From: Nitrospirales bacterium
GTDB lineage: Bacteria > Nitrospirota > Nitrospiria > Nitrospirales > UBA8639
Length of the DNA: 64,000 nt
Direction: 5' to 3'
Assembly (NCBI GenBank): GCA_965203295.1
Contig: CBDBCZ010000019.1
Span: 2,016,001-2,080,000 of the forward strand
Position numbers and translations under genes: made by a program. Below, one piece after another: positions 50,888 to 62,188 of this stretch (position 1 is the stretch's first letter; every line of letters starts with the position of its first letter). The notes below the pieces were generated by a model that saw nothing but the letters and a program-made list of their open reading frames with translations, was not told where the DNA came from and searched no databases.

Positions 50888-51791
50888 CTAAGGAGAGGAG
50901 ACTTGCTGAATGTCTCGATGACGAATTGTCACTTCATAGCCTAGGATAGTTAAGGACTCACGTAGACGGGAAGCCACCGCAACTGAACGATGTCTCCCTC
51001 CCGTACATCCAACAGCAATGGTGAGATAACTTCGCCGTTCCGGTTCAAAAAATGGAAAAAGGAAGGAAAAAAGATCCGTCAAGCGTCTGAGTAACTCTTC
51101 GGCATCTCTATTTTCAAGGATATACCATTTGACTTTTTATCTTCCCCAGTGAGACGTTTTAGGTTGGGCACAAAGTTTGGATTTTTAAGAAATCGAACAT
51201 CAAACAGTAAATCCACATCGTAAGGCACCCCAAATTTATAGCCAAAGGTGAGCAACGAAATACACATAGACTGCTTCGAATCTGATGGACCATAATGACG
51301 CGACATCCAATCTCGAAGGTCATGAACGGTAAAGTCTGAGGTATCCAGAATGAGATCTGCCTGTTTTCGCAGGTTGCGCAGTCGCTCCCGCTCTAGACTA
51401 ATCCCCTTTAAGACTGGTTGTTGAGGGAAAAGTGGATGAGGCCGCCGAGATTCAGAAAACCGACGCGTGGGGACCGGATCCGAGGCATCAAGGAACAGCA
51501 ATTCCATTCGATACCCGTTTTTCTTCAACCGTCTTAAATTCGTGAAAAATTCAGAAAAGAACCCTCGTTCACGAATATCGATTCCCAAAGCCACATTCCT
51601 GATTTTTTTCCCATGTTGACAACACAGTTCTATAAATCTGGCGAATAAAGCGGGAGGAAGGTTATCCATGCAAAAAACCCCAAATCCTCTAGGCACTTCA
51701 AGGCCTGAGTTTTTCCTGATCCAGACGCACCACTGACAATGAGGAATCGAAGGGCAGCTGAGGAAGAAGTTCGGACTAGTCCTCGTCCCAC
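50888..51791 (-). pseudogene. rapZ: RapZ/YvcJ nucleotide-binding protein with two frameshifts
   Basis: SGASGSGKT, DNLP, RRFSESRRPHPL, DVRFLKNP, GCTGGRHRSV spread over three frames; shifts at the homopolymers near 51675 and 51136. Confidence 0.85.
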
Positions 51792-51921
51792 AGGAACATC
51801 CGTTACTCTGACAGAAACGGGGCCAGGAAAAAGAATGGTGGGGACATAAGAATGGTTGGCTTAAGGATGTCTCCTTTCCAGCCTAACCATTGGAGGCAGG
51901 TATGGAGTAAGGATTCAGAGA

Positions 51922-53433
51922 TCATGGGATCTGTTTTCGCTGATTGGCTGGAGCAATATTCAGTTCAGCCCGGTATTTGGCGACAGTTCGCCTTGCAATG
52001 ATGATATCTCTACTTTTTAATCGTGAAACAATGTCCTGATCTTTAAGGGGACGACGAGGATTTTCCTGCGCAACCATTTCACGGATCAGTTCTCGAACTG
52101 TCAAGGAGGACAATTCCTCAGCTCCTGGTTCGCCCCGTTGAATCCCCGCATTAAAGAAAAACTTTAGTTCCAACATTCCCTGTGGGCAATACATATATTT
52201 ATTCGTCGTGACGCGACTAATGGTCGATTCATGCATGCCAACATCTTCTGCCACTTGCTTCAGAACAAGAGGCCTGAGATATTGAATGCCCTTTTCCAAA
52301 AACTTTTCTTGGAATTTGACTAAACTTCGGACAACTTTCAGAATCGTCTTATTACGTTGATCAATACTTCGAATGATCCATTGTGCTCCTCGCAGTTTAT
52401 CCTCCAAATAGACCTTGGTTGACTCTGCATCTTTACCATTATTGGTCATCATTTTCCTATAATAGGAGTTGATACGGATACGAGGAAGTCCCTCCTCGTT
52501 CAGGCGGACGACCCATTCGCCATCAACTTTATACACAAAGACATCAGGAACAATAACTTGGCTATTATCAGAAAAATACGGCCGCCCAGGCTTGGGCTCA
52601 AGCCCTTCGATGAGGTGCACCGCCTCATGGATTTCAACAAGAGTGACGCTTAACTCTTTAGCCACATTGGCATAGCGTTTTTTTTGAAGATCTGGAAGAT
52701 GATTGTTGACGATCATCTCGGCCAGGGATAACTGATTTGAGGTGGAGGATGCTTCACCATTCCCAATGGGATCACCTTTCAGGTGTTGAAGCTGGATGAG
52801 TAAACATTCTTGGAGATCACGTGCTGCGACTCCTGGTGGATCAAAGGTTTGAATGTGAGTCAAAACAGAATCCACCGCTTCAAGAGGGACCTTAACCCCT
52901 TCAGCAATTTCACCGATAGAGGCTCGCAAACGTCCATCTTCATCAATATTGCCAATAATCATCATTCCAATCGAGCGATCTTCTCCTTCAAGAGAAGAGA
53001 GCCGCAATTGCCACAGCAAGTGGTCTTCTAGGGTCGTTGGCTTGGCTAACGTTTGTTCATACGAAGGCAAGTCGTCTTCTGAACCAGACTGCTCTGAGAC
53101 CCAGGATCGCCACTCAGGTTCGTAATAATTATCCCATTCTTCGGGAGTCAGCTGTTCGGCGTATTCCTCTTGCTCAGGCAGACTATTCTCTTCAGGCCTT
53201 TCGCCTTGCTCTTGGGCAGCATCCTTTTTTTCTGGTTCTCCTTCTTCACTCCTAGAGGCTTCGTTTTCATCAACATCTGCCGGGTCTTCTTCCAAAAGGG
53301 GATTATCAAGAAGATGTTGGGAAAGCGTCTGTTCGAGCTCAAGCCGTGACAACTGCAGCAACTTTATGGCTTGCTGCAGTTGGGGGGTCATCACCAATTT
53401 TTGAATGAGACGAGGTTCTAATCGGAGTTCCAT
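51922..53433 (-). CDS. rpoN: RNA polymerase sigma-54 factor
   Basis: MTPQLQQAIKLLQL, HESTISRV, RpoN box ARRTVAKYR. Confidence 0.97.
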   Translation of the reverse strand: MELRLEPRLIQKLVMTPQLQQAIKLLQLSRLELEQTLSQHLLDNPLLEEDPADVDENEASRSEEGEPEKKDAAQEQGERPEENSLPEQEEYAEQLTPEEWDNYYEPEWRSWVSEQSGSEDDLPSYEQTLAKPTTLEDHLLWQLRLSSLEGEDRSIGMMIIGNIDEDGRLRASIGEIAEGVKVPLEAVDSVLTHIQTFDPPGVAARDLQECLLIQLQHLKGDPIGNGEASSTSNQLSLAEMIVNNHLPDLQKKRYANVAKELSVTLVEIHEAVHLIEGLEPKPGRPYFSDNSQVIVPDVFVYKVDGEWVVRLNEEGLPRIRINSYYRKMMTNNGKDAESTKVYLEDKLRGAQWIIRSIDQRNKTILKVVRSLVKFQEKFLEKGIQYLRPLVLKQVAEDVGMHESTISRVTTNKYMYCPQGMLELKFFFNAGIQRGEPGAEELSSLTVRELIREMVAQENPRRPLKDQDIVSRLKSRDIIIARRTVAKYRAELNIAPANQRKQIP

Positions 53434-53457
53434 ATCGGTGTTGGCTGGTCCCGTTCC

Positions 53458-54207
53458 CTATAATTTAAACCGTTCCCCTAAATAAATCGCTCGCGCTTTG
53501 GGGCTATTGACAATGGTACTGGCAGTTCCAGACTCCAAAATGCTCCCTTCATTGATAATATAGGCCCGATCAGTTATCGAAAGAGTTTCTTGTACATTAT
53601 GGTCGGTAATTAAAATTCCGATATTTTTTAATTTCAACGACTGAATGATTTCCTGAATATCTCCAACAGCAATCGGGGCAATGCCTGCAAAAGGTTCATC
53701 CAACAACAAAAACTCTGGGTCAGTCGCTAAAGCACGCGTTATTTCAAGGCGACGCCGCTCTCCGCCTGAAAGCGCAAACGCTTTACTTCGCCGAAGTGAT
53801 GTGAGCTGCAGTTCCTCCAATAGTGTCCCTAGCTTCGTTTCACGCTCTTCCCGAGTTAATGGTAGGGTTTCCAACACCGCTAGCACATTGTCCTCGACCG
53901 AAAGTCTTCGAAAAACGGAGGCTTCTTGTGGCAAATACCCAAGCCCTCGCCTTGATCGCTGGAACATGGGGAGAGCCGTGATACCTTCACCGTTTAGGAA
54001 AACCTGACCCTTATCAGGTTTGCACAGACCCACAACCATATCAAAAATTGTGGTCTTGCCCGCTCCATTCGGCCCTAAGAGTCCAACAACTTCACCAGCC
54101 TGGACATGAATACTCACCCCTCGAACCACCTCCCGGCCTTTAAAACTTTTCCAGAGCCCCTTGGCATACACCTGCCGAGGACTCTTGAGAACCCCTTGAT
54201 CACTCAT
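53458..54207 (-). CDS. lptB: LPS export ABC ATPase LptB
   Basis: [39 protein letters not shown]. Confidence 0.94.
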   Translation of the reverse strand: MSDQGVLKSPRQVYAKGLWKSFKGREVVRGVSIHVQAGEVVGLLGPNGAGKTTIFDMVVGLCKPDKGQVFLNGEGITALPMFQRSRRGLGYLPQEASVFRRLSVEDNVLAVLETLPLTREERETKLGTLLEELQLTSLRRSKAFALSGGERRRLEITRALATDPEFLLLDEPFAGIAPIAVGDIQEIIQSLKLKNIGILITDHNVQETLSITDRAYIINEGSILESGTASTIVNSPKARAIYLGERFKL

Positions 54208-54234
54208 AATTCGAATGGAGGTTCAATAAGACCT

Positions 54235-54783
54235 CTACTTGTTGTTATCCTCTTCGTCGAAAATCATCACACGAGATCCACCTTCGACTACACTTCTCTC
54301 CTCTTTTAAATACATGGTCATTTTGGGACCGCTGACACGAGTACCTTGCTGCCAAGCTACGGGGGACTCAGTTAAAACAATCTTTTCCTCATCTTTATAG
54401 TATACGGCATGTCCACACGTCGCTTTGCCATCGCCCTTTTTAATGACGACCTTCCCTAGGGCCTTAATGACATCAATCTTTTGGTACGAACGAGTTGCCT
54501 CAGATTTGGATTTACCTGAAGTATCTCCAGAATCCTTCTTAAACAGCACCACCATGGTATCAGAATGGACAGTCAAATCACCCTGAGTCAATACGACTTT
54601 CCCTTCAAAAACAGCTCTTTGGGCTTTCCCTTGGGCGATCATTTTTTGGGCAGTGATGGTCGTATCCACCTGTTTCTCTGAACCATACACCACGGGTCCA
54701 GCAAACACGAGAACCCCTCCAATAAGGCAAGCCCATCTCAAAAGATACTCCAAAATCTTAGGACGATACATGCACACGAACAT
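54235..54783 (-). CDS. lptA: LPS transport periplasmic protein LptA
   Basis: OstA-like beta-jellyroll pattern (FEGKVVLTQGD, IVLTESP); operon position. Confidence 0.8.
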   Translation of the reverse strand: MFVCMYRPKILEYLLRWACLIGGVLVFAGPVVYGSEKQVDTTITAQKMIAQGKAQRAVFEGKVVLTQGDLTVHSDTMVVLFKKDSGDTSGKSKSEATRSYQKIDVIKALGKVVIKKGDGKATCGHAVYYKDEEKIVLTESPVAWQQGTRVSGPKMTMYLKEERSVVEGGSRVMIFDEEDNNK

Positions 54784-55327
54784 TGTTTAAAATAGTAAAT
54801 TCCTCTTCATTCAGGAGTCCCTCAAGCCCTTCTCCAGTAATCGTCAGCCCATCCCCGCCAATCAAAACTTGATCCGCTGTTCTGAATTCTTGTCGGTCGT
54901 CAATCCAACGAAGACTGGGCGTAAAAATGGTATACCCGCTTGAAAATTTGACTTCAATGGGATCTCCTCGATTGACCAGAAGAAAATTATTCGTGGCCAT
55001 ATCAATATTACCCGTTTCGGCCATAATGGTCATTTTCCGGTCTCCATCTTCGTACAGGTGAACCTCGACTTGTTCCAAGATGGCTTTATGCTCTGATTCC
55101 AACACCTGCGCCTTTTGAGCTTGCACTTCCCATTGGAGGGCCCCTGACTGGGTCTTTTGATAATGAAACCCTTGAATCGCAGACCCAGAAGACTCAGTTG
55201 ATGAAGGTGAAGGTAACGTGACAGGTTGGATTCTTGGTCCCATTTGGGTATAAACTTGGTACCCGAGTAAACCAGCAAGACACAACACAATACCCATTAA
55301 CCCACGATGTATCCACAGGAAGGGCAC
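54758..55327 (-). CDS. lptC: LPS export protein LptC
   Basis: Single TM, WEVQAQKA, ITGEGL, LNNV. Confidence 0.8.
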   Translation of the reverse strand: MPFLWIHRGLMGIVLCLAGLLGYQVYTQMGPRIQPVTLPSPSSTESSGSAIQGFHYQKTQSGALQWEVQAQKAQVLESEHKAILEQVEVHLYEDGDRKMTIMAETGNIDMATNNFLLVNRGDPIEVKFSSGYTIFTPSLRWIDDRQEFRTADQVLIGGDGLTITGEGLEGLLNEEEFTILNNVRVHVSS

Positions 55328-55587
55328 CTCTGATTTTCCTCTCTATACCTTTCTTTTCATAAGCAAAAAAGGATAGCACACGTCCGAAAGCAAGTAAATA
55401 AACGAGTGAGGTGAAAACGGAAAGGGTCCTTAATTTCTAAGGACTTCAAGGGAATGGTGTTATAAGGGATTGCGCACGAGAGAGATCAACTTCAAGCTCC
55501 ATTCATCGACAGATCAATGAACTGAAAAGAGATCTCATAAGGTTCGATGGCCGCAGATTTAATATAAAAGATGCTCTGGATATTCGT

Positions 55588-56001
55588 TCACGAATTGACT
55601 TCAGATGATTGGTCCGCTTGTTCTCTCGAAGAAGTGGATGTCCCTCCACGCTCAACCAATTCCAAAGCCACTAATTCTGCCCCATCTCCTGGTCTTCGAC
55701 GAGTTGGAATAATTCTCGTGTATCCACCTAAACGGTTATGAAATCGTCCCGCAACCTCACTAAACAGTTTGGAAACAATTTCCTTTTTTTGAAGATAACT
55801 TGAAGCCTGCCTCCTGGCATGGAGAGACCCCTCTTTTCCAAGTGTGATCATTTTGTCCACCAGTCCACGGATCTCCTTGGCCTTGGCTTCAGTGGTTTCA
55901 ATCCGTTCGTGTTCAAGCAATGAGGTCACCAAATTCCGAAACAATGCCCGTCGATGTTTGGTATTCCGACCCAACTGTCTGCCATCTTTTAGGTGTCGCA
56001 C
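55588..56001 (-). CDS. rplQ: 50S ribosomal protein L17
   Basis: MRH..LGR..HRRALFRNL, TTEAKAKE, GGYTRI. Confidence 0.97.
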   Translation of the reverse strand: MRHLKDGRQLGRNTKHRRALFRNLVTSLLEHERIETTEAKAKEIRGLVDKMITLGKEGSLHARRQASSYLQKKEIVSKLFSEVAGRFHNRLGGYTRIIPTRRRPGDGAELVALELVERGGTSTSSREQADQSSEVNS

Positions 56002-56053
56002 AACTGCCTTTTTTCTTATGAATATTTATTTGACGCGGAGGGTACAAGTCCGG

Positions 56054-57016
56054 TTAACGGTTCAAGCCAAGCCCCAAACCCATTTCTGCTAAAACTTCCT
56101 TGATTTCACTTAATGACTTTTTGCCAAAATTTTTGGTTCTCAGCATCTCCATTTCCGTTTTTTGAACGAGGTCCTCTATGGTCTTGATATTGGCATTTTT
56201 TAGACAATTCGCCGCGCGAACAGATAATTCCAATTCATTCACGCTTCGAACTAAATTTTTGTTTAATTCCACAGTTCCTTCCCCAGAAGCTTCTTCCTCT
56301 TTCGTGTCGCGAAGATCTTCATTGGATATACAAATAGTCAAATGATCACGGAGAATCGCCGCGGCAATTGCCACGGCATCTTGGGCCGTCGTACTTCCAT
56401 CTGTCCACACTTCAAGATTCAATTTATCGTAATCCGTGATTTGTCCCACCCGAGCGTTTTCCACATGGAAGTTGACTCGTTTGACGGGAGAAAATATCGA
56501 ATCAACCGGAATAACTCCAATCGGAAGCCCTTCTTCTTTATTCCGGTCTGCAGGAACATAGCCACGACCTGGCTTGACAATTAATTCGGCATCCAGCAGA
56601 CCATCTTTATCGAGTGTGGCAATATGCAAATCTGGATTTAAGATTTCGAGGTCAGCATCATGTTGAATATCCCTTGCTTTGACATCGCCAGGTCCCTTCT
56701 TCTTTAATCGAACGGCTTTAGCTTTATCCGTATGAAGTTTTATCCTAAGATTCTTAATGTTCAGAATAATGATGGTGACATCTTCCGCCACCCCTGGCAA
56801 GGTCGAAAACTCATGGTAGGCTCCTTCAATCTTAACAGAGGTGACAGCGGCACCTGGGAGAGAAGACAGCAAGACCCGACGAAGTGAATTTCCAATCGTG
56901 GTCCCGAAACCTCGCTCAAACGGCTCTGCCGAAAACTTTCCATAGCTCGGAGCGGCTGTTTCCTTGTCCATCTCCAGTCGCATAGGCAATTGAAAATCCT
57001 TCAAGACATTTATCAT
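56054..57016 (-). CDS. rpoA: RNA polymerase alpha subunit
   Basis: [38 protein letters not shown]. Confidence 0.98.
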   Translation of the reverse strand: MINVLKDFQLPMRLEMDKETAAPSYGKFSAEPFERGFGTTIGNSLRRVLLSSLPGAAVTSVKIEGAYHEFSTLPGVAEDVTIIILNIKNLRIKLHTDKAKAVRLKKKGPGDVKARDIQHDADLEILNPDLHIATLDKDGLLDAELIVKPGRGYVPADRNKEEGLPIGVIPVDSIFSPVKRVNFHVENARVGQITDYDKLNLEVWTDGSTTAQDAVAIAAAILRDHLTICISNEDLRDTKEEEASGEGTVELNKNLVRSVNELELSVRAANCLKNANIKTIEDLVQKTEMEMLRTKNFGKKSLSEIKEVLAEMGLGLGLNR

Positions 57017-57096
57017 ACTTCCCCCTTCACCTCATCCCGCTTTGCTACTAAATGAGCCCAATCACCATAAAAGGGTTCGTCTTCATTCACGAGTGA

Positions 57097-57726
57097 CTAA
57101 CGTGAATACAGTTCAACGACAACTTGCTCGTTGACCGGAACCCCAATCTCTTCTTTTGAAGGCAGAGCTCGAACACTTCCCTTAAGCGTATTGGGATCAA
57201 ACTCAAGCCAACTCACCAATCCCCTTCCCTCTGCCGTTTCCAGTGCAGATTTAATCACCAGAAGCTCTCGGCTTTTGGGTTTTAGTTCAATGACGTCGCC
57301 TACTGAAGTGGTAAAGGAAGGCACATTGGTTTTTCTCCCGTTTACGACAATATGGCCATGATTCACGATTTGCCGAGCCTGTTTCCGTGACAAGGCAAAA
57401 CCTAAACGATAGACGACGTTATCAAGCCGACGTTCAAGCAGACTGACCAAATTATCACCAGTTACACCCTTTTGACGATCAGCCTTTTTGAATATACCTC
57501 GGAATTGTTTTTCTAGGACGCTATAGATCCGCCGCAACTTCTGTTTTTCACGAAGCTGTGCACTATAGTCGGTGACCCTCGAACGACGTTTCTGCCCATG
57601 TTGTCCTGGAGGATAACTTCGCCGTTCAATGGCACATTTTTCTGTCATACATCGGGTTCCTTTAAGGAATAGCTTGACTCCTTCCCTTCGACAAATGCGG
57701 CACACTGGTCCGGTAAAATTCGCCAC
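57097..57726 (-). CDS. rpsD: 30S ribosomal protein S4
   Basis: CRICRREG, QLREKQK, LERRLDNVVYRLG, VVELYSR. Confidence 0.98.
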   Translation of the reverse strand: MANFTGPVCRICRREGVKLFLKGTRCMTEKCAIERRSYPPGQHGQKRRSRVTDYSAQLREKQKLRRIYSVLEKQFRGIFKKADRQKGVTGDNLVSLLERRLDNVVYRLGFALSRKQARQIVNHGHIVVNGRKTNVPSFTTSVGDVIELKPKSRELLVIKSALETAEGRGLVSWLEFDPNTLKGSVRALPSKEEIGVPVNEQVVVELYSR

Positions 57727-57770
57727 CTTGTTCTCCTCTCATACAAATGTATTCATATTGCAAATTCTTT

Positions 57771-58154
57771 TTAGACTCGCCTCTTCTTTGGAGGTCGACA
57801 ACCGTTATGAGGGATAGGAGTGACATCACGAATGAGATTCACGCGCAACCCAGCTGATTGAAGGGCTCGCACTGCTGACTCTCGGCCAGATCCTGGGCCA
57901 TTGACGTAGACATCGATTTGCCGCATGCCGTGTTCCATGGCTTTTCTCCCAGCAGCCTCACCAGCACGGGTCGCGGCAAAAGGAGTGCTTTTTCGAGATC
58001 CTTTAAACCCCAAACTTCCTGCACTTGACCAGGAAACGGTATTCCCAGTCATATCAGTTATGGTCACCAGGGTATTATTGAATGAAGCTTGAATATGGGC
58101 AATGCCCACCTGGACCTTTTTTCTTTCCGTTTTTTTCCATTTTTTCACGCTCAC
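57771..58154 (-). CDS. rpsK: 30S ribosomal protein S11
   Basis: [31 protein letters not shown]. Confidence 0.98.
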   Translation of the reverse strand: MSVKKWKKTERKKVQVGIAHIQASFNNTLVTITDMTGNTVSWSSAGSLGFKGSRKSTPFAATRAGEAAGRKAMEHGMRQIDVYVNGPGSGRESAVRALQSAGLRVNLIRDVTPIPHNGCRPPKKRRV

Positions 58155-58184
58155 CGTGCTAACCCCTCTTTGAAAAAATCCGTG

Positions 58185-58553
58185 TTATTTTTTTGCCCGG
58201 CCAATGGAAGACCGCTTGCCCTTTCTCGTTCTCGCGTTCGTTTTCGATCTCTGTCCCCTGACAGGGAGCGCCCTTCGATGCCGAACCCCGCGGTAGCTTC
58301 CGGTATCGACCAATCGCTTAATACTCATGGTGATATCTTTCCGGAGATCCCCCTCAACTTTGAAACCTCGTTCAATCGTTTCTCTCAGCTTGACGATATC
58401 CTCTTCTTTGAGATCTTTAACTCGTCGAGCTCCATCAATCCCCGTCTTTTGTAAAATGCTACGGGCACTCCAGGGGCCGAGACCAAAGATGTAGGTCAGA
58501 GCAACATCTATTCGCTTAGCAACTGGGAGGTCAACACCTGCAATTCTCGCCAT
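58185..58553 (-). CDS. rpsM: 30S ribosomal protein S13
   Basis: [27 protein letters not shown]. Confidence 0.98.
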   Translation of the reverse strand: MARIAGVDLPVAKRIDVALTYIFGLGPWSARSILQKTGIDGARRVKDLKEEDIVKLRETIERGFKVEGDLRKDITMSIKRLVDTGSYRGVRHRRALPVRGQRSKTNARTRKGKRSSIGRAKK

Positions 58554-58604
58554 GTTTTCTCCTTATCCCTATCCACACGCCCTCTAAAAGAGGCGCTTTT
58601 CTGT

Positions 58605-58718
58605 TTACCCTTGTCGTTGTTTGTGCCGTGGATTAGAACAATTGATACGAACGACTCCCCTGCGCCGAAACACTTTGCATTTGGAACAGATAGGTTTGAC
58701 GGAAGATTTTACCTTCAC
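58605..58718 (-). CDS. rpmJ: 50S ribosomal protein L36 (zinc-binding form)
   Basis: Manual translation [37 protein letters not shown]. Confidence 0.96.
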   Translation of the reverse strand: MKVKSSVKPICSKCKVFRRRGVVRINCSNPRHKQRQG

Positions 58719-58732
58719 AGTTTACAAGCTCC

Positions 58733-58960
58733 TTACTGTTTATTCTTAAAACGATAGGTAATCCGACCTTTGGTTAAGTCATAAGGTGAAAGCTCCACGG
58801 TCACCTTATCTCCTGGAAGAATACGTATGAAATGCATACGCATTTTCCCCGATATGTGCGCAAGAATCACCTGCCCACTATCTAATCGGACTCGAAACAT
58901 CGCATTAGGCAATGTCTCCTTGACCTCCCCTGAGACTTCTATAACATCTTCTTTACCCAT
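58733..58960 (-). CDS. infA: Translation initiation factor IF-1
   Basis: [25 protein letters not shown]. Confidence 0.98.
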   Translation of the reverse strand: MGKEDVIEVSGEVKETLPNAMFRVRLDSGQVILAHISGKMRMHFIRILPGDKVTVELSPYDLTKGRITYRFKNKQ

Positions 58961-59004
58961 GTGTCATAGCAAAAAAACGCAGCGAATACGCCAAACTTCC
59001 TGGT

Positions 59005-59754
59005 TCAAAGCGCTGTTAAAATTCGCGGAGGCCCGTCCTCCGTTATGGCCACTGTGTGTTCAAAGTGAGCTGACAGGCTACCATCTTGCGTGACTGCTGT
59101 CCATTGGTCATCAAGGATTCGGACCTGATGTTTTCCTACATTTACTATAGGCTCAATAGCCAGAACCATCCCTACCTGAAGGCGGGGACCTTGCCCTGAA
59201 CGACCGTAATTCGGGACTTGCGGTTCTTCATGTAGATGACGGCCAATCCCATGACCGACAAAGTCTCGAACAACAGAATACCCACGAGATTCAACATGCG
59301 TCTGCACGGCATGGGAAATATCAGAAAGCCGATTTCCCACTACGGCACAGGCAATCCCCTTCATCATGGACTCTTCTGTTACCTGAAGGAGGTCACCCAC
59401 GTCATCGGGAATTGACCCAACTGGCACCGTAATTGCGCGATCCCCATAAAATCCTTGAACGATGGCTCCTAAGTCCAGGCCAATGATATCCCCATCTCTT
59501 AATTCTCTTTTTGAGGGAATACCATGCACAACTTCATCATTCACTGAGGCACACAGAGTTTTGGGATATCCACGGTACCCCTTAAAGGCCGGGACCCCTC
59601 CTTGATCACGTATAGACTCCTCCGCAATCTTATCAAGCTGAAGGGTCGCTATCCCTGGTCGAATCTCTTTCAAAAGAACCTGATGGGTCTCAGCCATAAT
59701 TTTAGAAGCAAGAGTCATCAGTTCAATTTCTTCAGGAGTTTTTAGAATGATCAT
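59005..59754 (-). CDS. map: Methionine aminopeptidase type I
   Basis: CASVNDEVVHGIP, GHGIG, AIEP, SAHFEHT. Confidence 0.97.
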   Translation of the reverse strand: MIILKTPEEIELMTLASKIMAETHQVLLKEIRPGIATLQLDKIAEESIRDQGGVPAFKGYRGYPKTLCASVNDEVVHGIPSKRELRDGDIIGLDLGAIVQGFYGDRAITVPVGSIPDDVGDLLQVTEESMMKGIACAVVGNRLSDISHAVQTHVESRGYSVVRDFVGHGIGRHLHEEPQVPNYGRSGQGPRLQVGMVLAIEPIVNVGKHQVRILDDQWTAVTQDGSLSAHFEHTVAITEDGPPRILTAL

Positions 59755-59760
59755 TACGCC

Positions 59761-60426
59761 CTAAGATTTTGGCAATAACCTTTCAAGTCGCTCCTGCACT
59801 GCCCCAACGAGCCCAGCCCCATCCAACTCACCAAGAAGTCCTCTTTCTCTATAGTATGTGATTAAAGGAGCGGTCTGCTCCTCAAAGACGGATAACCGTG
59901 ATTCCACGGTCTCTTTTCGATCATCACTGCGTTGAACCAATTCCTCACCACATTCATCACACAATCCGTCTGTTCGAGGCGGGACATAATCAATATGATA
60001 GACCGCCAGGCATTGAGAGCAACTTCTCCTTCCACTCAACCGTCTCACGACCTCGTCACGGGGTATGACAAAATGAATGACTTTATCCAGAGATTTCCCC
60101 TTAGAGTTGAGCAATTCCGTTAATGTATTTGCCTGAATAACAGTCCTCGGAAACCCGTCCAATATGAAGCCATCTGCCCCATCTGGAGAATCTACTTGCT
60201 CCTCAACTAGCCCTATCACCACTTGATCTGGCACCAAATCCCCTCTGTCCATATATCGCTTAGCTTCCAAATATCGCTTAGCTTCCAAGCCCAGACGAGT
60301 CTGTTGAGCCACAGCCGACCTAAGCAAATCCCCGGTTGAAATCTTGAGAATGTGAAATTTCGCTGCCACCAACTCGGCCTGCGTTCCCTTTCCTACCCCT
60401 GGCGCCCCTAAGAAAACCAGTCGCAT
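59761..60426 (-). CDS. adk: Adenylate kinase (Cys4 LID) with a 6-aa duplication
   Basis: GAPGVGKGT, STGDLLR, LDGFPRT, QRSDD. Confidence 0.96.
   Translation of the reverse strand: MRLVFLGAPGVGKGTQAELVAAKFHILKISTGDLLRSAVAQQTRLGLEAKRYLEAKRYMDRGDLVPDQVVIGLVEEQVDSPDGADGFILDGFPRTVIQANTLTELLNSKGKSLDKVIHFVIPRDEVVRRLSGRRSCSQCLAVYHIDYVPPRTDGLCDECGEELVQRSDDRKETVESRLSVFEEQTAPLITYYRERGLLGELDGAGLVGAVQERLERLLPKS
60253..60288. repeat. Perfect 18-bp tandem duplication in adk
   Basis: ATATCGCTTAGCTTCCAA x2 (LEAKRY LEAKRY). Confidence 0.9.
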
Positions 60427-60432
60427 TGCAGA

Positions 60433-61746
60433 TTAACCACTCCGCCCTCGTAACCGACCCTTTGCAAGGAATCCTTCGTAATTCCGCATGAGCATATGAG
60501 ATTCAATTTGCTGAGCCGTATCTAACCCAACTCCGATCACAATAAGCAGAGAAGTCCCTCCAAAATAAAAGGGAACACCAAGTCGATAGATAAATAGTTC
60601 GGGGATCACGCACACAATCGCCAAGTAAATCGAACCTGCGAATGTAATTCGAGTCAGTACTTTATAAATGTAATCGGCAGTTCTCTGCCCTGGTCGAATG
60701 CCTGGGATAAATCCATTATATTTTTTCATATTATCTGACATATCCACTGGATTCAGTACGACAGCGGTGTAAAAGAAACAAAAGAATAAGATTAAACTCA
60801 CATACAATAATGTGTAGATCAAAGAGCCTGGGGCCAATTGCGCCCCAATCGACTGAACCCAAGGTACTTCAATAAATCCAGTAATCGTCGCAGGAAAGGC
60901 AATAATGGAAGAAGCAAAGATGGGAGGGATGACTCCTGCCGTATTAATTTTTAAGGGAATATGCGTATTTTGCCCCCCATACACTCTTCGTCCAACAACC
61001 CGCTTAGCATATTGGACGGGTATTTTTCGCCTTCCACTTTCTAAAAATACGATCGCCGCGACAACCGCCAGCATAACGACCACCAGAAGGATCAGCAGCA
61101 GAAGGCTGAGTTGTCCAACTTGATAGAGGTTAAAAGTCTGGACAACCGCACTAGGCAGCCGAGCAATAATCCCACCAAAGATGATTAACGATATGCCATT
61201 ACCAACCCCACGCTCCGTAATTTGCTCTCCCAACCACATGAGAAAGGCTGTTCCCGCCGTGAGGGTGATGACCGTCATGAAACGAAATGCCCATCCCGGC
61301 TCAAGAACGAAGGCCCCTTGGTTCATCCCCTCCAAGCCAACCGCGATTCCAAAGCCTTGCAGTAAGGCAATGCCAATCGTTCCGTAGCGAGTATATTGAA
61401 TGATCGTTTTTCTTCCCCGTTCCCCCTCCTTGGCTAGTTTAGACAAGTGCGGAATAACAACGGTAAGAAGCTGGATGATAATCGAGGCACTGATATAGGG
61501 CATGATTCCCAACGCCAAAATCGTGAGTCTGGAAAGTGCCCCTCCTGAAAAAATATCCAAGAAGCCCATGAGGGCTCCACCGCGGTCCAGCAAGAATTTA
61601 GCAAGTTCGTCGTTGTTGATTCCCGGAGTAGGAATGTGTGCCCCAATCCGGTATATCGCCAACATGGCAAGCGTGAAGAGTACGCGACCGCGTAACTCCG
61701 GAATTTTTAGGATGTTTTGGAAGCTCGTGATGAGCCGTTCAAGCAC
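60433..61746 (-). CDS. secY: Preprotein translocase SecY
   Basis: LGIMPYISASII, GNGISL, FIPGIRPG, GGTSLLI; probable GTG start 61746. Confidence 0.97.
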   Translation of the reverse strand: MLERLITSFQNILKIPELRGRVLFTLAMLAIYRIGAHIPTPGINNDELAKFLLDRGGALMGFLDIFSGGALSRLTILALGIMPYISASIIIQLLTVVIPHLSKLAKEGERGRKTIIQYTRYGTIGIALLQGFGIAVGLEGMNQGAFVLEPGWAFRFMTVITLTAGTAFLMWLGEQITERGVGNGISLIIFGGIIARLPSAVVQTFNLYQVGQLSLLLLILLVVVMLAVVAAIVFLESGRRKIPVQYAKRVVGRRVYGGQNTHIPLKINTAGVIPPIFASSIIAFPATITGFIEVPWVQSIGAQLAPGSLIYTLLYVSLILFFCFFYTAVVLNPVDMSDNMKKYNGFIPGIRPGQRTADYIYKVLTRITFAGSIYLAIVCVIPELFIYRLGVPFYFGGTSLLIVIGVGLDTAQQIESHMLMRNYEGFLAKGRLRGRSG

Positions 61747-62188
61747 AGTCGATGACCCTGGCTTGTCCACCAGCCTGTTGGATTTTTTGGAGTGCTGATT
61801 GGCTAAATTTGTGTGCTTCAACTATGATAGGCCTGTCCAGTTGCCCGTTACCCAAAATTTTGATCTGGCTTCCTCTGGGCTTCACAATCTTTCTTTCCCA
61901 CAATACTTGCAACGTAATTTCATTGATATCAGTCAAATTATTAAGGGTCTTTAGATTCACGACTGCAAATTCTGCTCTAAACGGATTATGAAAACCTCGT
62001 TTAGGTAACCGGCGGGCTAAGGGCATTTGCCCACCTTCAAATCCAATATTGTTAGCCCTTCCTGATCGTGCGAGCATTCCTTTATGTCCCTTCCCTGCGG
62101 TCTTTCCTAACCCTGATCCGGGTCCACGCCCCAAACGCTTTCCTCGCTTTTTCGCCCCTGGATTAGGATGGAGCTCATGGAGTTTCAT
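61739..62188 (-). CDS. rplO: 50S ribosomal protein L15
   Basis: GRGPGSGLGKTAGKGHKG, FEGGQMPL. Confidence 0.97.
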   Translation of the reverse strand: MKLHELHPNPGAKKRGKRLGRGPGSGLGKTAGKGHKGMLARSGRANNIGFEGGQMPLARRLPKRGFHNPFRAEFAVVNLKTLNNLTDINEITLQVLWERKIVKPRGSQIKILGNGQLDRPIIVEAHKFSQSALQKIQQAGGQARVIDCA

